A DNA stretch of 64,000 bases from Antedon mediterranea. Taxonomy: Eukaryota > Animalia > Echinodermata. Location: positions 19,592,001 through 19,656,000 of the forward strand of contig NC_092674.1 of the NCBI RefSeq assembly GCF_964355755.1, in the 5' to 3' direction. Positions 37,624 through 52,575 of the stretch are shown piece by piece. The translations under genes were made by a program, and so were the position numbers. The number at the start of each line of letters is the position of its first letter. The stretch's first letter is position 1. Under the pieces are notes generated by a model. That model searched no databases. It saw nothing but the letters and a program-made list of their open reading frames with translations, and had not been told where the DNA came from.

Positions 37624-40454
37624 ATTCTTTCCTTAGCACTATTTTGTCCGTGCATTATCTTGGCATCAGTTTAATCTAGCTAAGTCAAGTTTTCAGAGTA
37701 TATTCCTCATGGCCAGGTATCGATGTGGTTATATTTTCACGATGCGTAATCAAAAATTACGCGGTCTACGCGCGATTTTACGAAATCACGTTTGTAATCA
37801 TATCTTCACAAGCATGAATCACAATTAAACAAAATTTGGTACTCATAAATTTCAGGTCATATTTCATCATATGGCAATACAATTACGTGCGTAGCGCATA
37901 TAACGCTTGCGTACGCGCGCTTAAAATGTTCAAAATTGTCAAAATTTATTTTCGATGAAATTAGAGTACGTTTCAGGCAATTTTAAGCGTTTAAAAAATT
38001 GCCATGAGTGCGCAGATTTTTGCACGCGCACTGCGCGTTATACGTTAATGCGCACTCTTTTTGTCCGATTTCGGTTTTACAACCTTTCTTTAATAATATC
38101 ATCATATTTTATTCACTTTTCAACGCGTAATTGCCTTATACGAGCACGTCAAAAGTGACAGGCTACGCACGTGTAAGTTAACAAAATGGTGAAAATATGC
38201 TAAATTTTAAAATTAATATAGATCGTCAGAATGCTCGGGAACACATATTTTTTATTTCATTTTCTTGAAGTGTATGTATCTTATGTATGATTTATTATTA
38301 AACTAAGGGAACAAAAGTTGATTAAGCCATAATTAATTGCATATTAAATTTAAAAAAAATCATTTCGACAATCAAACAAATTATGACATTTTCTTAGGCC
38401 AAAATAACAAACTTAACATTAACTTTCTTCCTCCAAAAGTTCATATATTAAAGTTAAAAGTATATAGTTTGACAGTGCATCATTTTTGTACATTTTTAGA
38501 GATGTCATCATAGTAAAAAATTATAATTCATTGCGGTATGTAATAATCTATCTGCACCAAAGTGGTTACTGCATAGTAAATACACGGAGGAATTTTTCTA
38601 CAATTTTTAGACAGTTGTGTATGGCTCGGTGGTGTGTGCTCGTGTCTATGGCACTCAAGGTACCGAGATCGAGTCTCACCTTGGGAAACGAAATAAGATT
38701 TTTTTTTTATTATCCGTATTGTTTGTTCAAATTTATTTCTTAGTGTATAGATTATACACATGATTTATAATGAAATCTAGATAAAAATTAACTTATGTCT
38801 TTATTATTATGTAACAACAAATGTGGTTTATGACATTATACGCATATGGATCTTTGATCGGATTGTGATACCGGCTATGGTGTTCGCGTTAGCAAGGTCC
38901 TATCATATATTATAAATAATTAAAGATTCTGAGAAAATCAATCAATCAATATATCTTTTAAAAATCAATTATCTTGATTTAAATCAATGCATATAACCTA
39001 TAATTCGTCATAGTGACGAATTAAATCTAGTTTATTTATTCTTTCCTTAGCACTATTTTGTCCGTGAATTATCTTGATATCAGTTTCATCTATCTAAGTC
39101 AATTTTTCAGAGTATATTCCTTATGGCCAGGAATCGATGTGGTTATATTTTCACGATGCGTAATCAAAAATTACGCGGTCTACGCGCGATTTTACGAAAT
39201 CACGTTTGTAATCATATCTTCACAAGCATGAATCACAATTAAACAAAATTTGGTACTCATAAATTTCAGGTCATATTTCATCATATGGCAATACAATTAC
39301 GTGCGTAGCGCATATAACGCTTGCGTACGCACGCTTAAAATGTTCAAAATTGTCAAAATTTATTTTCGATGAAATTAGAGTACGTTTCAGGCAATTTTAA
39401 GCGTTTAAAAAATTGCCATGAGTGCGCAGATTTTTGCACGCGCACTGCGCGTTATACGTTAATGCGCACTCTTTTTGTCCGATTTCGGTTGTACAACCTT
39501 TCTTTAATAATATCATCATATTTTATTCACTTTTCAACGCGTAATTGCCTTATACGAGCACGTCAAAAGTGACAGGCTACGCACGTGTAAGTTAACAAAA
39601 TGGTGAAAATATGCTAAATTTTAAAATTAATATAGATCGTCAGAATGCTCGGGAACACGTATTTTTTATTTAATTTTCTTGAAGTGTATGTATCTTATGT
39701 ATGATTTATTATTAAACTAAGGGAACAAAAGTTGATTAAGCCATAATTAATTGCATATTAAATTAAAAAAAATTCATTTCGACAATCAAACAAATTATGA
39801 CATTTTCTTAGGCAAAAATAACAAACTTAACATTAACTTTCTTCCTTCAAAAGTTCATATATTAAAGTTAAAAGTATATAGTTTGACAGTGCATCATTTT
39901 TGTACATTTTTAGAGATGTCATCATAGTAAAAAATTATAATTCATTGCGGTATGTAATAATCTATCTGCACCAAAGTGGTTACTGCATAGTAAATACACG
40001 GAGGAATTTTTCTACAAATTTTAGTCAGTTGTGTATGGCTCGGTGGTGTGTGCTCGTGTCTATGGCACTCAAGGTACCGAGATCGAGTCTCACCTTGGGA
40101 AATGAAATAATTTTTTTTTTTTATTATCCGTATTGTTTGTTCAAATTTATTTCTTAGTGTATATATTATACACATGATTTATAATGAAATCTAGATAAAA
40201 AATAACTTATGTCTTTATTATTATGTAACAGCAAATGTGGTTTATGACATTATACGCAGAGGGATCTTTGATCGGATTGTGATACCGGCTATTGTATTCG
40301 CGTTAGCAAGGTCCTATCATATATTATATATTATTTAAAGAATCTGACAAAATCAATGAATCAAAATATCTTTTAAAAATCAATTATCTTTATTTTAATT
40401 ATCAATGCATATAACCTATAATTCGTCATAGTGACGAATTAAATCTAGTTTATT

Positions 40455-41938
40455 AGGTTATATGCATGATATGCATATAACCTCTTGATTCTGTCAAAAT
40501 CTTTATTTATTTATTTATTTATTTATTTATTCTTTCCTTAGCACTATTTGTCCGTGAATTATCTTGGCATCAGTTTCATCTATCTAAGTCAATTTTTCAG
40601 AGTATATTCCTTATGGCCAGGAATCGATGTGGTTATGTTTTCACGATGCGCAATCAAAAATTACGCGGTCTACGCGCGATTTAACGAAATCACGTTTGTA
40701 ATCATATCTTCACAAACATGAATCACTTTTAAACAAAATTTGGTACTCATAAATTTCAGGTCATATTTCATCATATGGCAATACAATTACGTGCGTAGCG
40801 CATATAACGCATGCGTACGCGCGCTTAAAATGTTGAAAATTGTCAGAATTTATTTTCGATGAAATTAGAGTACGTTTCAGGCAATTTTAAGCGTTTAAAA
40901 AATTGCCATGAGTGCGCAGATTTTTGCACGCGCACTGCGCGTCAAACGTTAATGCGCACTCTTTTTGTCCGATTACTGTTGTGTAACCTTTCTTTAATAA
41001 TATCATCATATTTTATTCACTTTTCAACGCGAAACAGCGTTATACGAGCACGTCAAAAGTGACGGGCTACGCACGTGTAAGTTAACAAAATGGTGAAAAT
41101 ATGCTAAATTTTAAAATTAATATATATCGTTAGAATGCTCGGGAACACATATTTTTTATTTAATTTTCTTGAAGTGTATGTATCTTATGTATGATTTATT
41201 ATTAAACTAAGGGAACAAAAGTTGATTAAGCCATAATTAATTGCATATTAAATTAAAAAAAATTCATTTCGACAATCAAACAAATTATGACATTTTCTTA
41301 GGCCAAAATAACAAACTTAACATTAACTTTCTTCCTTCAAAAGTTCATATATTAAAGTTAAAAGTATATAGTTTGACAGTGCATCATTTTTGTACATTTT
41401 TAGAGATGTCATCATAGTAAAAAATTATAATTCATTGCGGTATGTAATAATCTATCTGCACCAAAGTGGTTACTGCATAGTAAATACACGGAGGAATTTT
41501 TCTACAATTTTTAGTCAGTTGTGTATGGCTCGGTGGTGTGTGCTCGTGTCTATGGCACTCAAGGTACCGAGATCGAGTCTCACCTTGGGAAACGAAATAA
41601 ATTTTTTTTTTTATTGTCCGTATTGTTTGTTCAAATTTATTTCTTAGTGTATATATTATACACATGATTTATAATGAAATCTAGATAAAAAATAACTTAT
41701 GTCTTTATTATTATGTAACAGCAAATGTGGTTTATGACATTATACGCAGAGGGATCTTTGATCGGATTGTGATACCGGCTATTGTATTCACGTTAGCAAG
41801 GTCCTATCATATATTATATATTATTTAAAGAATCTGAGAAAATCAATGAATCAAAATATCTTTTAAAAATAAATTATCTTTATTTTAATTATCAATGCAT
41901 ATAACCTATAATTCGTCATAGTGACGAATTAAATCTAG
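40455..41938 (+). mobile_element. Family A element, uninterrupted copy
   Basis: Head, (TTTA)n, body, then subTIR, hairpin and CTAG. Confidence 0.9.
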
Positions 41939-41942
41939 TTTA

Positions 41943-43561
41943 TTGGTTATCCGCCTCAAGCGGATAACCTTTGTTATTGTAGTGTTTCTTTTTTTTTTTT
42001 ATTATTCTTCTTTCTTTCCGCCACTTTTGTTCGCGACGTTTCTCTTCAACGTGTTAACATAACACGTTGTAACTTGGTCAACATTTAGACATTTAACTGA
42101 AGTTGTGCAGCCAAGCTTTTGGACGCTGTCAGATACGCGTAGCGTAAGTTACGCGCGATTTTCTGAAAATCTTAAATCGGTCATAACTTCAAAACCGATA
42201 AATATTTTTTAACGAAGTTTTCAGCCACGTTTTCTTCACATCAATGGCTAACTTTTTCGATCTCTACCAAATTTTTGGAGACTAGAAAATTTTCGCGTAA
42301 ATTGCGTTTGAAATTTAAAAATTCTCCAAATTTGTACACGCTGTTTCTCTGCAACGCGTTAACATAACATGTTGTAACTTGGTCAACATTTTGACATCTA
42401 ACTGAAATTGTGCAGCCAAGCTTTTGGACGCTGTCAGAGGCGCGTATCGTAAGTTACGCGCGATTTTCTGAAAATCTTAAATTGATCATAACTTTGAAAC
42501 AGATAAATATTTTTTAACGTAATTTTCAGCCACGTTTGCTTCACATCAATTGTTAACTTTTTTAACCCTAACGAATTTTGTAACATTCGAAAGTGCGCGC
42601 GTAAACGACGTTTGAAGTTTTAAAATGCTTGAAATTAATTTCTGATTAAATTAGAGCACGATTCAGGTCATTTTAAGCGTTTAAAAAATTGCCACTGGTG
42701 CGCACATTTTTACGCGCGCACGGCGCAGGGAACGCGTATGAGCATTTCTTTTACACGATTTATGTTTTTACATCTTTGGTTAACAATTTTACGTTATTTT
42801 ATTCACTATTCAACTTGAAATGGCATTCTACGAGCACGTTAAACATGACTGGTTGCGCAGAAAAACGTCAAAAAATTGTGAAAATGTTGCAAAATATGTC
42901 TACTTTTTAAAACGATACAGTTCATCAGAATGCAAGGTTACCCCTATTTTTTATTTTTATTTCTTGCAGTTTATGAATCATAGATCTGATTTATAATAAT
43001 TTTTAATGTTAAAACGTGTTTGCTGGCTACACTATTTGCATATTAAATATAATTTTGGAAATTGTTATCATCAAACAAACGATAACATTTTCAAAGAGCA
43101 AAACAATAGACATAACTGTTATATTTTTTCTTCACATGTTAATATATAAAACTTGAAAGTATGCTCTTTCATAATATGTCACTGTTTAAAATTTATGAAG
43201 ATTTCATCATAGTAAAAATTATGATTTAGTTCGATATGTAATAATCAACTTGCATCGAGGGAGTTCACGACATACCGAACGAACGAGTAATCTTTCTTCG
43301 GATTATCTTCGGCAGGTGCTCATATGACTCGATGTGTAGTGCAACCGACTTTGGTATCAGAGGTACCGGGATCGAGTCCCGTCACGGGAAAACAATTAAA
43401 TATAAGGATTTATTTGGTTGTTACACTGAAAAGGCAGTTTTAATTTCGAATAGGCTACTTTTTTGGAAAAGCCAAAAACTGAAAAGTACTTGAATGCTCA
43501 AGATATGTTTTGTTGCGGGCGGATAACCAAACTTGTCCTCAAGTGACGAGTTCAGATCTAG
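41943..43561 (+). mobile_element. Family B element, uninterrupted (most diverged B copy)
   Basis: 5' palindrome ggttatccgc-ctcaa-gcggataacc, poly-T, ~300-bp internal direct repeat, 3' subTIR gcggataaccaa, hairpin aacttgtc-ctcaagt-gacgagtt, end CTAG. Confidence 0.9.
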
Positions 43562-46442
43562 TTTATTTATTCTTTCCTTAGCACTATTTTGTCCGTGCAT
43601 TATCTTGGCATCAGTTTAATCTAGCTAAGTCAAGTTTTCAGAGTATATTCCTCATGGCCAGGAATCGATGTGGTTATATTTTCACGATGCGTAATCAAAA
43701 ATTACGCGGTCTACGCGCGATTTTACGAAATCACGTTTGTAATCATATCTTCACAAGCATGAATCACAATTAAACAAAATTTGGTACTCATAAATTTCAG
43801 GTCATATTTCATCATATGGCAATAAAATTACGTGCGTAGCGCATATAACGCTTGCGTACGCGCGCTTAAAATGTTCAAAATTGTCAAAATTTATTTTCGA
43901 TGAAATTAGAGTACGTTTCAGGCAATTTTAAGCGTTTAAAAAATTGCCATGAGTGCGCAGATTTTTGCACGCGCACTGCGCGTTAAACGTTAATGCGCAC
44001 TCTTTTTGCCCGATTTCTGTTTTACAATCTTTCTTTAATAATATCATCATATTTGATTCAGGTTTCAACTCGAAATTGCGTTATACGAGCACGTCAAAAG
44101 TGACTGGCTACGCACGTATAAGTTAACAAAATGGTGAAAATATGCTAAATTTTAAAATTAATATATATCATCAGAATGCAGGGGAACACCTATTTTTTAT
44201 TTCATTTTCTTGAAGTGTATGTATCATATGTATGATTTATTATCAAATAAAGAGAACAAAAGTTGATTAAGTCATCATTAATTGCATATTAAATTTTTAA
44301 AAAATAATTTCGACAACCAAACAAATTATGACATTTTCTTAGGCCAAAATAACAAACTTAACATTAACTTTCTTCCTTCAAAAATTTTATATATTAAAGT
44401 TAAAAGTATGTAGTTTGACAGTGCATCATTTGTATACATTTTAAAGATGTCATCATAGTAAAAAATTATAATTCATTTCGGTATGTAATAATCTATTTGC
44501 ATCAAAGTGGTTACTGCATAGTAATTACACGGAGGAATTTTTCTACAACTTTTAGTCAGTTGTGTACGGCTCGGTGGTCTGTGCTCGTGTCTATGGCATT
44601 CAAGGTACCGAGATCGAGTCTCACCTTGGGAAACGAAATAAGATTTTTTTTTTATTATCCGTATTGTTTGTTCAAATTTATTTCTTAGTGTATAGATTAT
44701 ACACATGATTTATAATGAAATCTAGATAAAAATTAACTTATGTCTATATTATTATGTAACAACAAATGTGGTTTATGACATTATACGCATATGGATCTTT
44801 GATCGGATTGTGATACCGGCTATGGTGTTCGCGTTAGCAAGGTCCTATCATATATTATAAATAATTAACGATTCTGAGAAAATCAATCAATCAATATATC
44901 TTTTAAAAATCAATTATCTTTATTTAAATCAATGCATATAACCTATAATTCGTCATAGTGACGAATTAAATCTAGTTTATTTATTCTTTCCTTAGCACTA
45001 TTTGTCCGTGAATTATCTTGGCATCAGTTTCATCTATCTAAGTCAATTTTTCAGAGTATATTCCTTATGGCCAGGAATCGATGTGGTTATGTTTTCACGA
45101 TGCGCAATCAAAAATTACGCGGTCTACGCGCGATTTAACGAAATCACGTTTGTAATCATATCTTCACAAACATGAATCACTTTTAAACAAAATTTGGTAC
45201 TCATAAATTTCAGGTCATATTTCATCATATGGCAATACAATTACGTGCGTAGCGCATATAACGCATGCGTACGCGCGCTTAAAATGTTGAAAATTGTCAG
45301 AATTTATTTTCGATGAAATTAGAGTACGTTTCAGGCAATTTTAAGCGTTTAAAAAATTGCCATGAGTGCGCAGATTTTTGCACGCGCACTGCGCGTCAAA
45401 CGTTAATGCGCACTCTTTTTGTCCGATTACTGTTGTGTAACCTTTCTTTAATAATATCATCATATTTTATTCACTTTTCAACGCGAAACAGCGTTATACG
45501 AGCACGTCAAAAGTGACGGGCTACGCACGTGTAAGTTAACAAAATGGTGAAAATATGCTAAATTTTAAAATTAATATATATCGTTAGAATGCTCGGGAAC
45601 ACATATTTTTTATTTAATTTTCTTGAAGTGTATGTATCTTATGTATGATTTATTATTAAACTAAGGGAACAAAAGTTGATTAAGCCATAATTAATTGCAT
45701 ATTAAATTAAAAAAAATTCATTTCCACAATCAAACAAATTATGACATTTTCTTAGGCCAAAATAACAAACTTAACATTAACTTTCTTCCTTCAAAAGTTC
45801 ATATATTAAAGTTAAAAGTATATAGTTTGACAGTGCATCATTTTTGTACATTTTTAGAGATGTCATCATAGTAAAAAATTATAATTCATTGCGGTATGTA
45901 ATAATCTATCTGCACCAAAGTGGTTACTGCATAGTAAATACACGGAGGAATTTTTCTACAATTTTTAGTCAGTTGTGTATGGCTCGGTGGTGTGTGCTCG
46001 TGTCTATGGCACTCAAGGTACCGAGATCGAGTCTCACCTTGGGAAACGAAATAAATTTTTTTTTTTATTGTCCGTATTGTTTGTTCAAATTTATTTCTTA
46101 GTGTATATATTATACACATGATTTATAATGAAATCTAGATAAAAAATAACTTATGTCTTTATTATTATGTAACAGCAAATGTGGTTTATGACATTATACG
46201 CAGAGGGATCTTTGATCGGATTGTGATACCGGCTATTGTATTCACGTTAGCAAGGTCCTATCATATATTATATATTATTTAAAGAATCTGAGAAAATCAA
46301 TGAATCAAAATATCTTTTAAAAATAAATTATCTTTATTTTAATTATCAATGCATATAACCTATAATTCGTCATAGTGACGAATTAAATCTAGTTAGGTTA
46401 TATGCATGATATGCATATAACCTCTTGATTCTGTCAGAATCT

Positions 46443-46481
<39 letters not shown>

Positions 46482-48101
46482 TTGGTTATCCGCCTCAAGC
46501 GGATAACCTTTGTTATTGTAGTGTTACTTTTTTTTTTTATTATTCTTCTTTCTTTCTCAGATTTTGTGTACGCGTTTTCTCTTGAACGTGTTAACATAAC
46601 ATTTTGTAACTTGGTCAACATATAGACAATTAACTGAAGATGTACTGCGAAGCTTTTTGACAATGTCAGATCCGCGTAGCGTAAGTTACGCGCGATTTTC
46701 TGAAAATCTTAAATCGGTCATAACTTCGAAACCGATAAATATTTTTTAACGAAATTTTCAGCCACGTTTTCTTCACATCAATGGCTAACTTTTTCGCTCT
46801 TCAGCAAATTTTTGAACACTAGAAAGTCTGCGCGTAAACTGCGTTTGAAATTTTAAAATGCTCCTAATTTGTGCACGCTGTTTCTCTGTAACGCGTTAAC
46901 ATAACATTTTGTAACTTGTTCAACATATAGACATTTTACTGAAGTTGTCCAGCCAAGCTTTTTGACGATGTCAGAGCCGCGTAGCGTAAGTTACGCGTGA
47001 TTTTCTGAAAATCTTAAATTGGTTATAACTTCGACACAAATGAATATTTTTTAACGTCATTTTCAGCCACGTTTGCTTCACATCAATAGTTAACTTTTTT
47101 TACGCTACCGCAACTTGTAACATTAGAAAGTGCGCGCGTAAATGGCGTTTGAAATTTTAAAATGCTTCAAATCAATTTCTGATTAAATTAGAGCATGATT
47201 CAGGTCATTTTAAGCGTTTAAAAAATTGCCACTGGTGCGCACATTTTTACGCGCGCACGGCGCAGGGAACACGTTTGAGCCTTTCTTTTACACGATTTGT
47301 GTTTTTAAATCTTCGGTTAACAATTTTACGTTATTTTATTCACTTTTCAACTTGAAATGGCGTTCTACGAGCACGTTAAACATGATAGGTTGCGCACGAA
47401 AACGTCAACAAATTGTGAAAATGTTGCAAAATATGTCTACTTTTAAAAATGAAACAGTTCATCAGAATGCAAGGTTACCCCCATTTTTTATTTTATTTTC
47501 TTGCAGTGTATTAATCATAGGTCTAATTTATTATAGTCTTGAATGTTAAAAAGTGTTTGATGGCTACATTATTTGCATATTAAATGTAATTTTTGAAATA
47601 ATTGTCATCAAACAAACATAAACATATTCAAAGAGCAAAACAATAAACATAACGTTTATCTTTTTTCTTTACATGTTAATATATAAAACTTGAATGTATG
47701 CACTTTCATAATATGTAACTGTTTAAAATTTGTGAAGATTTCATCATAGTAAAAATTATGATTTAAGTTCATTATGTAATAATCAACTTGCATCGAGGGG
47801 GGTTCACGACATACCGAATGCACGAGGACTCTTTCTTCGGATTTTCTTCAGCAGGTGCTCATATGGCTCGATGTGTAGTGCAACCGACTTTGGTATCAGA
47901 TGTACCGGGTTCGAGTCCCGTCACGGGAAAACAATTAATTAAAGGGGTTTAGTTGGTTATTACACTGAGAGGGCAGTTTTAATTTTGAATAGCCTACTTT
48001 TTTTGGAAAAGTCATAACTTGGAAGTACTTGAATACGCAAGATACGCTTTGTTGCTGGCGGATAACCAAACTCGTCCTCAAGTGACGAGTTTAAGTTCTA
48101 G
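46482..48101 (+). mobile_element. Family B element inserted in the (TTTA)n of an A copy
   Basis: Complete B head, body and CTAG end, with TTTA repeats on both sides. Confidence 0.92.
47855..47930 (+). promoter_or_regulatory. tRNA-like module in family B (present in all B bodies)
   Basis: A-box-like TGGCTCGATGT and B box GGTTCGAGTCC within the stem CGGG/CCCG. Confidence 0.55.
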
Positions 48102-51100
48102 TTTATTTATTCTTTCCTTAGCACTATTTGTCCGTCAATTATCTTGGCATCGGTTTTATCTATCTAAGTCAATTTTTCAGAGTATATTCCTTATGGCCAG
48201 GAATCGATGTGGTTATGTTTTCACGGTGCGCAATCAAAAATTACGTGGTCTACGCGCGATTTAACGAAATCACGTTTGTAATCATATCTTCACAAACATG
48301 AATCACTTTTAAACAAAATTTGGTACTCATAAATTTCAGGTCATATTTCATCATATGGCAATACAATTACGTGCGTAGCGCATATAACGCATGCGTACGC
48401 GCGCTTAAAATGTTGAAAATTGTCAGAATTTATTTTCGATGAAATTAGAGTACGTTTCAGGCAATTTTAAGCGTTTAAAAAATTGCCATGAGTGCGCAGA
48501 TTTTTGCACGCGCACTGCGCGTCAAACGTTAATGCGCACTGTTTGTGTCTGATTACTGTTGTATAACCTTTCTTTAATAATATCATCATATTTTATTCAC
48601 TTTTCAACGCGAAACAGCGTTATACGAGCACGTCAAAAGTGACGGGCTACGCACGTGTAAGTTAACAAAATGGTGAAAATATGCTAAATTTTAAAATTAA
48701 TATATATCGTTAGAATGCTCGGGAACACCTATTTTTTATTTAATTTTCTTGAAGTGTATGTATCATATGTATGATTTATTATGAAATTAGAAGAACAAAA
48801 GTTGATTAAGTCATCATTAATGGCATATTAAATTCAACAAAATTAATTTCGACAATCAAACAAATTATAACATTTTCTTAGGCCAAAATAACAAACTTAA
48901 CGTTAACTTTCTTCCTTAAGAAGTTCATATATTAAAGTTAAAAGTATATAGTTTGACAGTGCATCATTTTTTTAAATTTTTAAAGATGTCATCATAGTAA
49001 AACATTATAATTCATTGCGGTATGTAATAATCTATCTGCACCAAAGTGGTTACTGCATAGTAAATACACGGAGGAATTTTTCTCCAAGTTTTAGTCAGTT
49101 GTGTATGGCTCGATGGTCTGTGCTCGTGTCAATGGCATTCAAGGTACCGAGTTCGAGTCTCACCTTGGGAAACGAAATAAGATTTTTTTTTTATTATCCG
49201 TATTGTTCAAATTTATTTCTTAGTGTATAGATTATACACATGATTTATAATGAAATCTAGATAAAAAGTTACTTTATGTCTTTTTTATTATGTAACAACA
49301 AATGCGGTTTATGACATTATACGCAGAGGGATCTTTGATCGGATTGTGATACCGGCTATGGTGTTCGCGTTAGCAAGGTCCTATCATATATTATAAATAA
49401 TTAAAGATTCTGAGAAAATCAATCAATCAATATATCTTTTAAAAATCAATTATCTTTATTTAAATCAATGCATATAACCTATAATTCGTCATAGTGACGA
49501 ATTAAATCTAGTTTATTTATTTATTCTTTCCTTAGCACTATTTTGTCCGTGCATTATCTTGGCATCAGTTTAATCTAGCTAAGTCAAGTTTTCAGAGTAT
49601 ATTCCTCATGGCCAGGAATCGATGTGGTTATATTTTCACGATGCGTAATCAAAAATTACGCGGTCTACGCGCGATTTTACGAAATCACGTTTGTAATCAT
49701 ATCTTCACAAGCATGAATCACAATTAAACAAAATTTGGTACTCATAAATTTCAGGTCATATTTCATCATATGGCAATAAAATTACGTGCGTAGCGCATAT
49801 AACGCTTGCGTACGCGCGCTTAAAATGTTCAAAATTGTCAAAATTTATTTTCGATGAAATTAGAGTACGTTTCAGGCAATTTTAAGCGTTTAAAAAAATG
49901 CCATGAGTGCGCAGATTTTTGCACGCGCACTGCGCGTTAAACGTTAATGCGCACTCTTTTTGCCCGATTTCTGTTTTACAATCTTTCTTTAATAATATCA
50001 TCATATTTGATTCAGGTTTCAACTCGAAATTGCGTTATACGAGCACGTCAAAAGTGACTGGCTACGCACGTATAAGTTAACAAAATGGTGAAAATATGCT
50101 AAATTTTAAAATTAATATATATCGTCAGAATGCAGGGGAACACCTATTTTTTATTTCATTTTCTTGAAGTGTATGTATCATATGTATGATTTATTATCAA
50201 ATAAAGAGAACAAAAGTTGATTAAGTCATCATTAATTGCATATTAAATTAAAAAAAAATAATTTCGACAATCAAACAAATTATGACATTTTCTTAGGCCA
50301 AAATAACAAACTTAACATTAACTTTCTTCCTTCAAAAATTCATATATTAAAGTTAAAAGTATGTAGTTTGACAGTGCATCATTTGTATACATTTTAAAGA
50401 TGTCATCATAGTAAAAAATTATAATTCATTTCGGTATGTAATAATCTATTTGCATCAAAGTGGTTACTGCATAGTAAATACACGAAGGAATTTTTCTACA
50501 ACCTTTAGTCAGTTGTGTACGGCTCGGTGGTCTGTGCTCGTGTCTATGGCATTCAAGGTACCGAGATCGAGTCTCACCTTGGGAAACGAAATAAGATTTT
50601 TTTTTATTATCCGTATTGTTTGTTCAAATTTATTTCTTAGTGTATAGATTATACACATGATTTATAATGAAATCTAGATAAAAATTAACTTATGTCTTTA
50701 TTATTATGTAACAACAAATGTGGTTTATGACATTATACGCATATGGATCTTTGATCGGATTGTGATACCGGCTATGGTGTTCGCGTTAGCAAGGTCCTAT
50801 CATATATTATAAATAATTAAAGATTCTGAGAAAATCAATCAATCAATATATCTTTTAAAAATCAATTATCTTTATTTAAATCAATGCATATAACCTATAA
50901 TTCGTCATAGTGACGAATTAAATCTAGTTTATTTATTTATTCTTTCCTTAGCACTATTTTGTCCGTGAATTATCTTGATATCAGTTTCATCTATCTAAGT
51001 CAATTTTTCAGAGTATATTCCTTATGGCCAGGAATCGATGTGGTTATATTTTCACGATGCGTAATCAAAAATTACGCGGTCTACGCGCGATTTTACGAAA

Positions 51101-52350
51101 TCACGTTTGTAATCATATCTTCACAAGCATGAATCACAATTAAACAAAATTTGGTACTCATAAATTTCAGGTCATATTTCATCATATGGCAATACAATTA
51201 CGTGCGTAGCGCATATAACGCTTGCGTACGCGCGCTTAAAATGTTCAAAATTGTCAAAATTTATTTTCGATGAAATTAGAGTACGTTTCAGGCAATTTTA
51301 AGCGTTTAAAAAATTGCCATGAGTGCGCAGATTTTTGCACGCGCACTGCGCGTTATACGTTAATGCGCACTCTTTTTGTCCGATTTCGGTTGTACAACCT
51401 TTCTTTAATAATATCATCATATTTTATTCACTTTTCAACGCGTAATTGCCTTATACGAGCACGTCAAAAGTGACAGGCTACGCACGTGTAAGTTAACAAA
51501 ATGGTGAAAATATGCTAAATTTTAAAATTAATATAGATCGTCAGAATGCTCGGGAACACATATTTTTTATTTCATTTTCTTGAAGTGTATGTATCTTATG
51601 TATGATTTATTATTAAACTAAGGGAACAAAAGTTGATTAAGCCATAATTAATTGCATATTAAATTTAAAAAAATTCATTTCGACAATCAAACAAATTATG
51701 ACATTTTCTTAGGCCAAAATAACAAACTTAACATTAACTTTCTTCCTCCAAAAGTTCATATATTAAAGTTAAAAGTATATAGTTTGACAGTGCATCATTT
51801 TTGTACATTTTTAGAGATGTCATCATAGTAAAAAATTATAATTCATTGCGGTATGTAATAATCTATCTGCACCAAAGTGGTTACTGCATAGTAAATACAC
51901 GGAGGAATTTTTCTACAATTTTTAGACAGTTGTGTATGGCTCGGTGGTGTGTGCTCGTGTCTATGGCACTCAAGGTACCGAGATCGAGTCTCACCTTGGG
52001 AAACGAAATAAGATTTTTTTTTTATTATCCGTATTGTTTGTTCAAATTTATTTCTTAGTGTATATATTATACACATGATTTATAATGAAATCTAGATAAA
52101 AAATAACTTATGTCTTTATTATTATGTAACAGCAAATGTGGTTTATGACATTATACGCAGAGGGATCTTTGATCGGATTGTGATACCGGCTATTGTATTC
52201 GCGTTAGCAAGGTCCTATCATTATTATAAATAATTAAAGAATCTGAGAAAATCAATGAATCAAAATATCTTTTAAAAATCAATTATCTTTATTAAAATCA
52301 ATGCATATAACCTATAATTCGTCATAGTGACGAATTAAATCTAGTTTATT

Positions 52351-52575
52351 AGGTTATATGCATTATCATGCATATAACCTCTTGATTCTGTCAAAATCTT
52401 TATTAGGTTATATGCATTATCATGCATATAACCTCTTGATTCTGTCAAAATCTTTATTAGGTTATATGCATTATCATGCATATAACCTCTTGATTCTGTC
52501 AAAATCTTTATTAGGTTATATGCATTATCATGCATATAACCTCTTGATTCTGTCAAAATCTTTATTTATTTATTT
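52351..52575 (+). repeat. Stack of four identical family A heads (TATC loop, 54-bp period)
   Basis: Heads at 52351, 52405, 52459 and 52513, followed by four consecutive bodies of the matching gtgaattatcttgatatc subfamily. Confidence 0.95.

Larger units (their letters stand above)
46395..49511 (+). mobile_element. Family A element split by a family B insertion
   Basis: Head at 46395 (rare gtcaGaatc variant), B element at 46482-48101, then A body 48109-49511 (rare gtccgtcaatt and cacggtgcgc variants). These are the same head and body variants as the intact copy at 35876. Confidence 0.9.
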
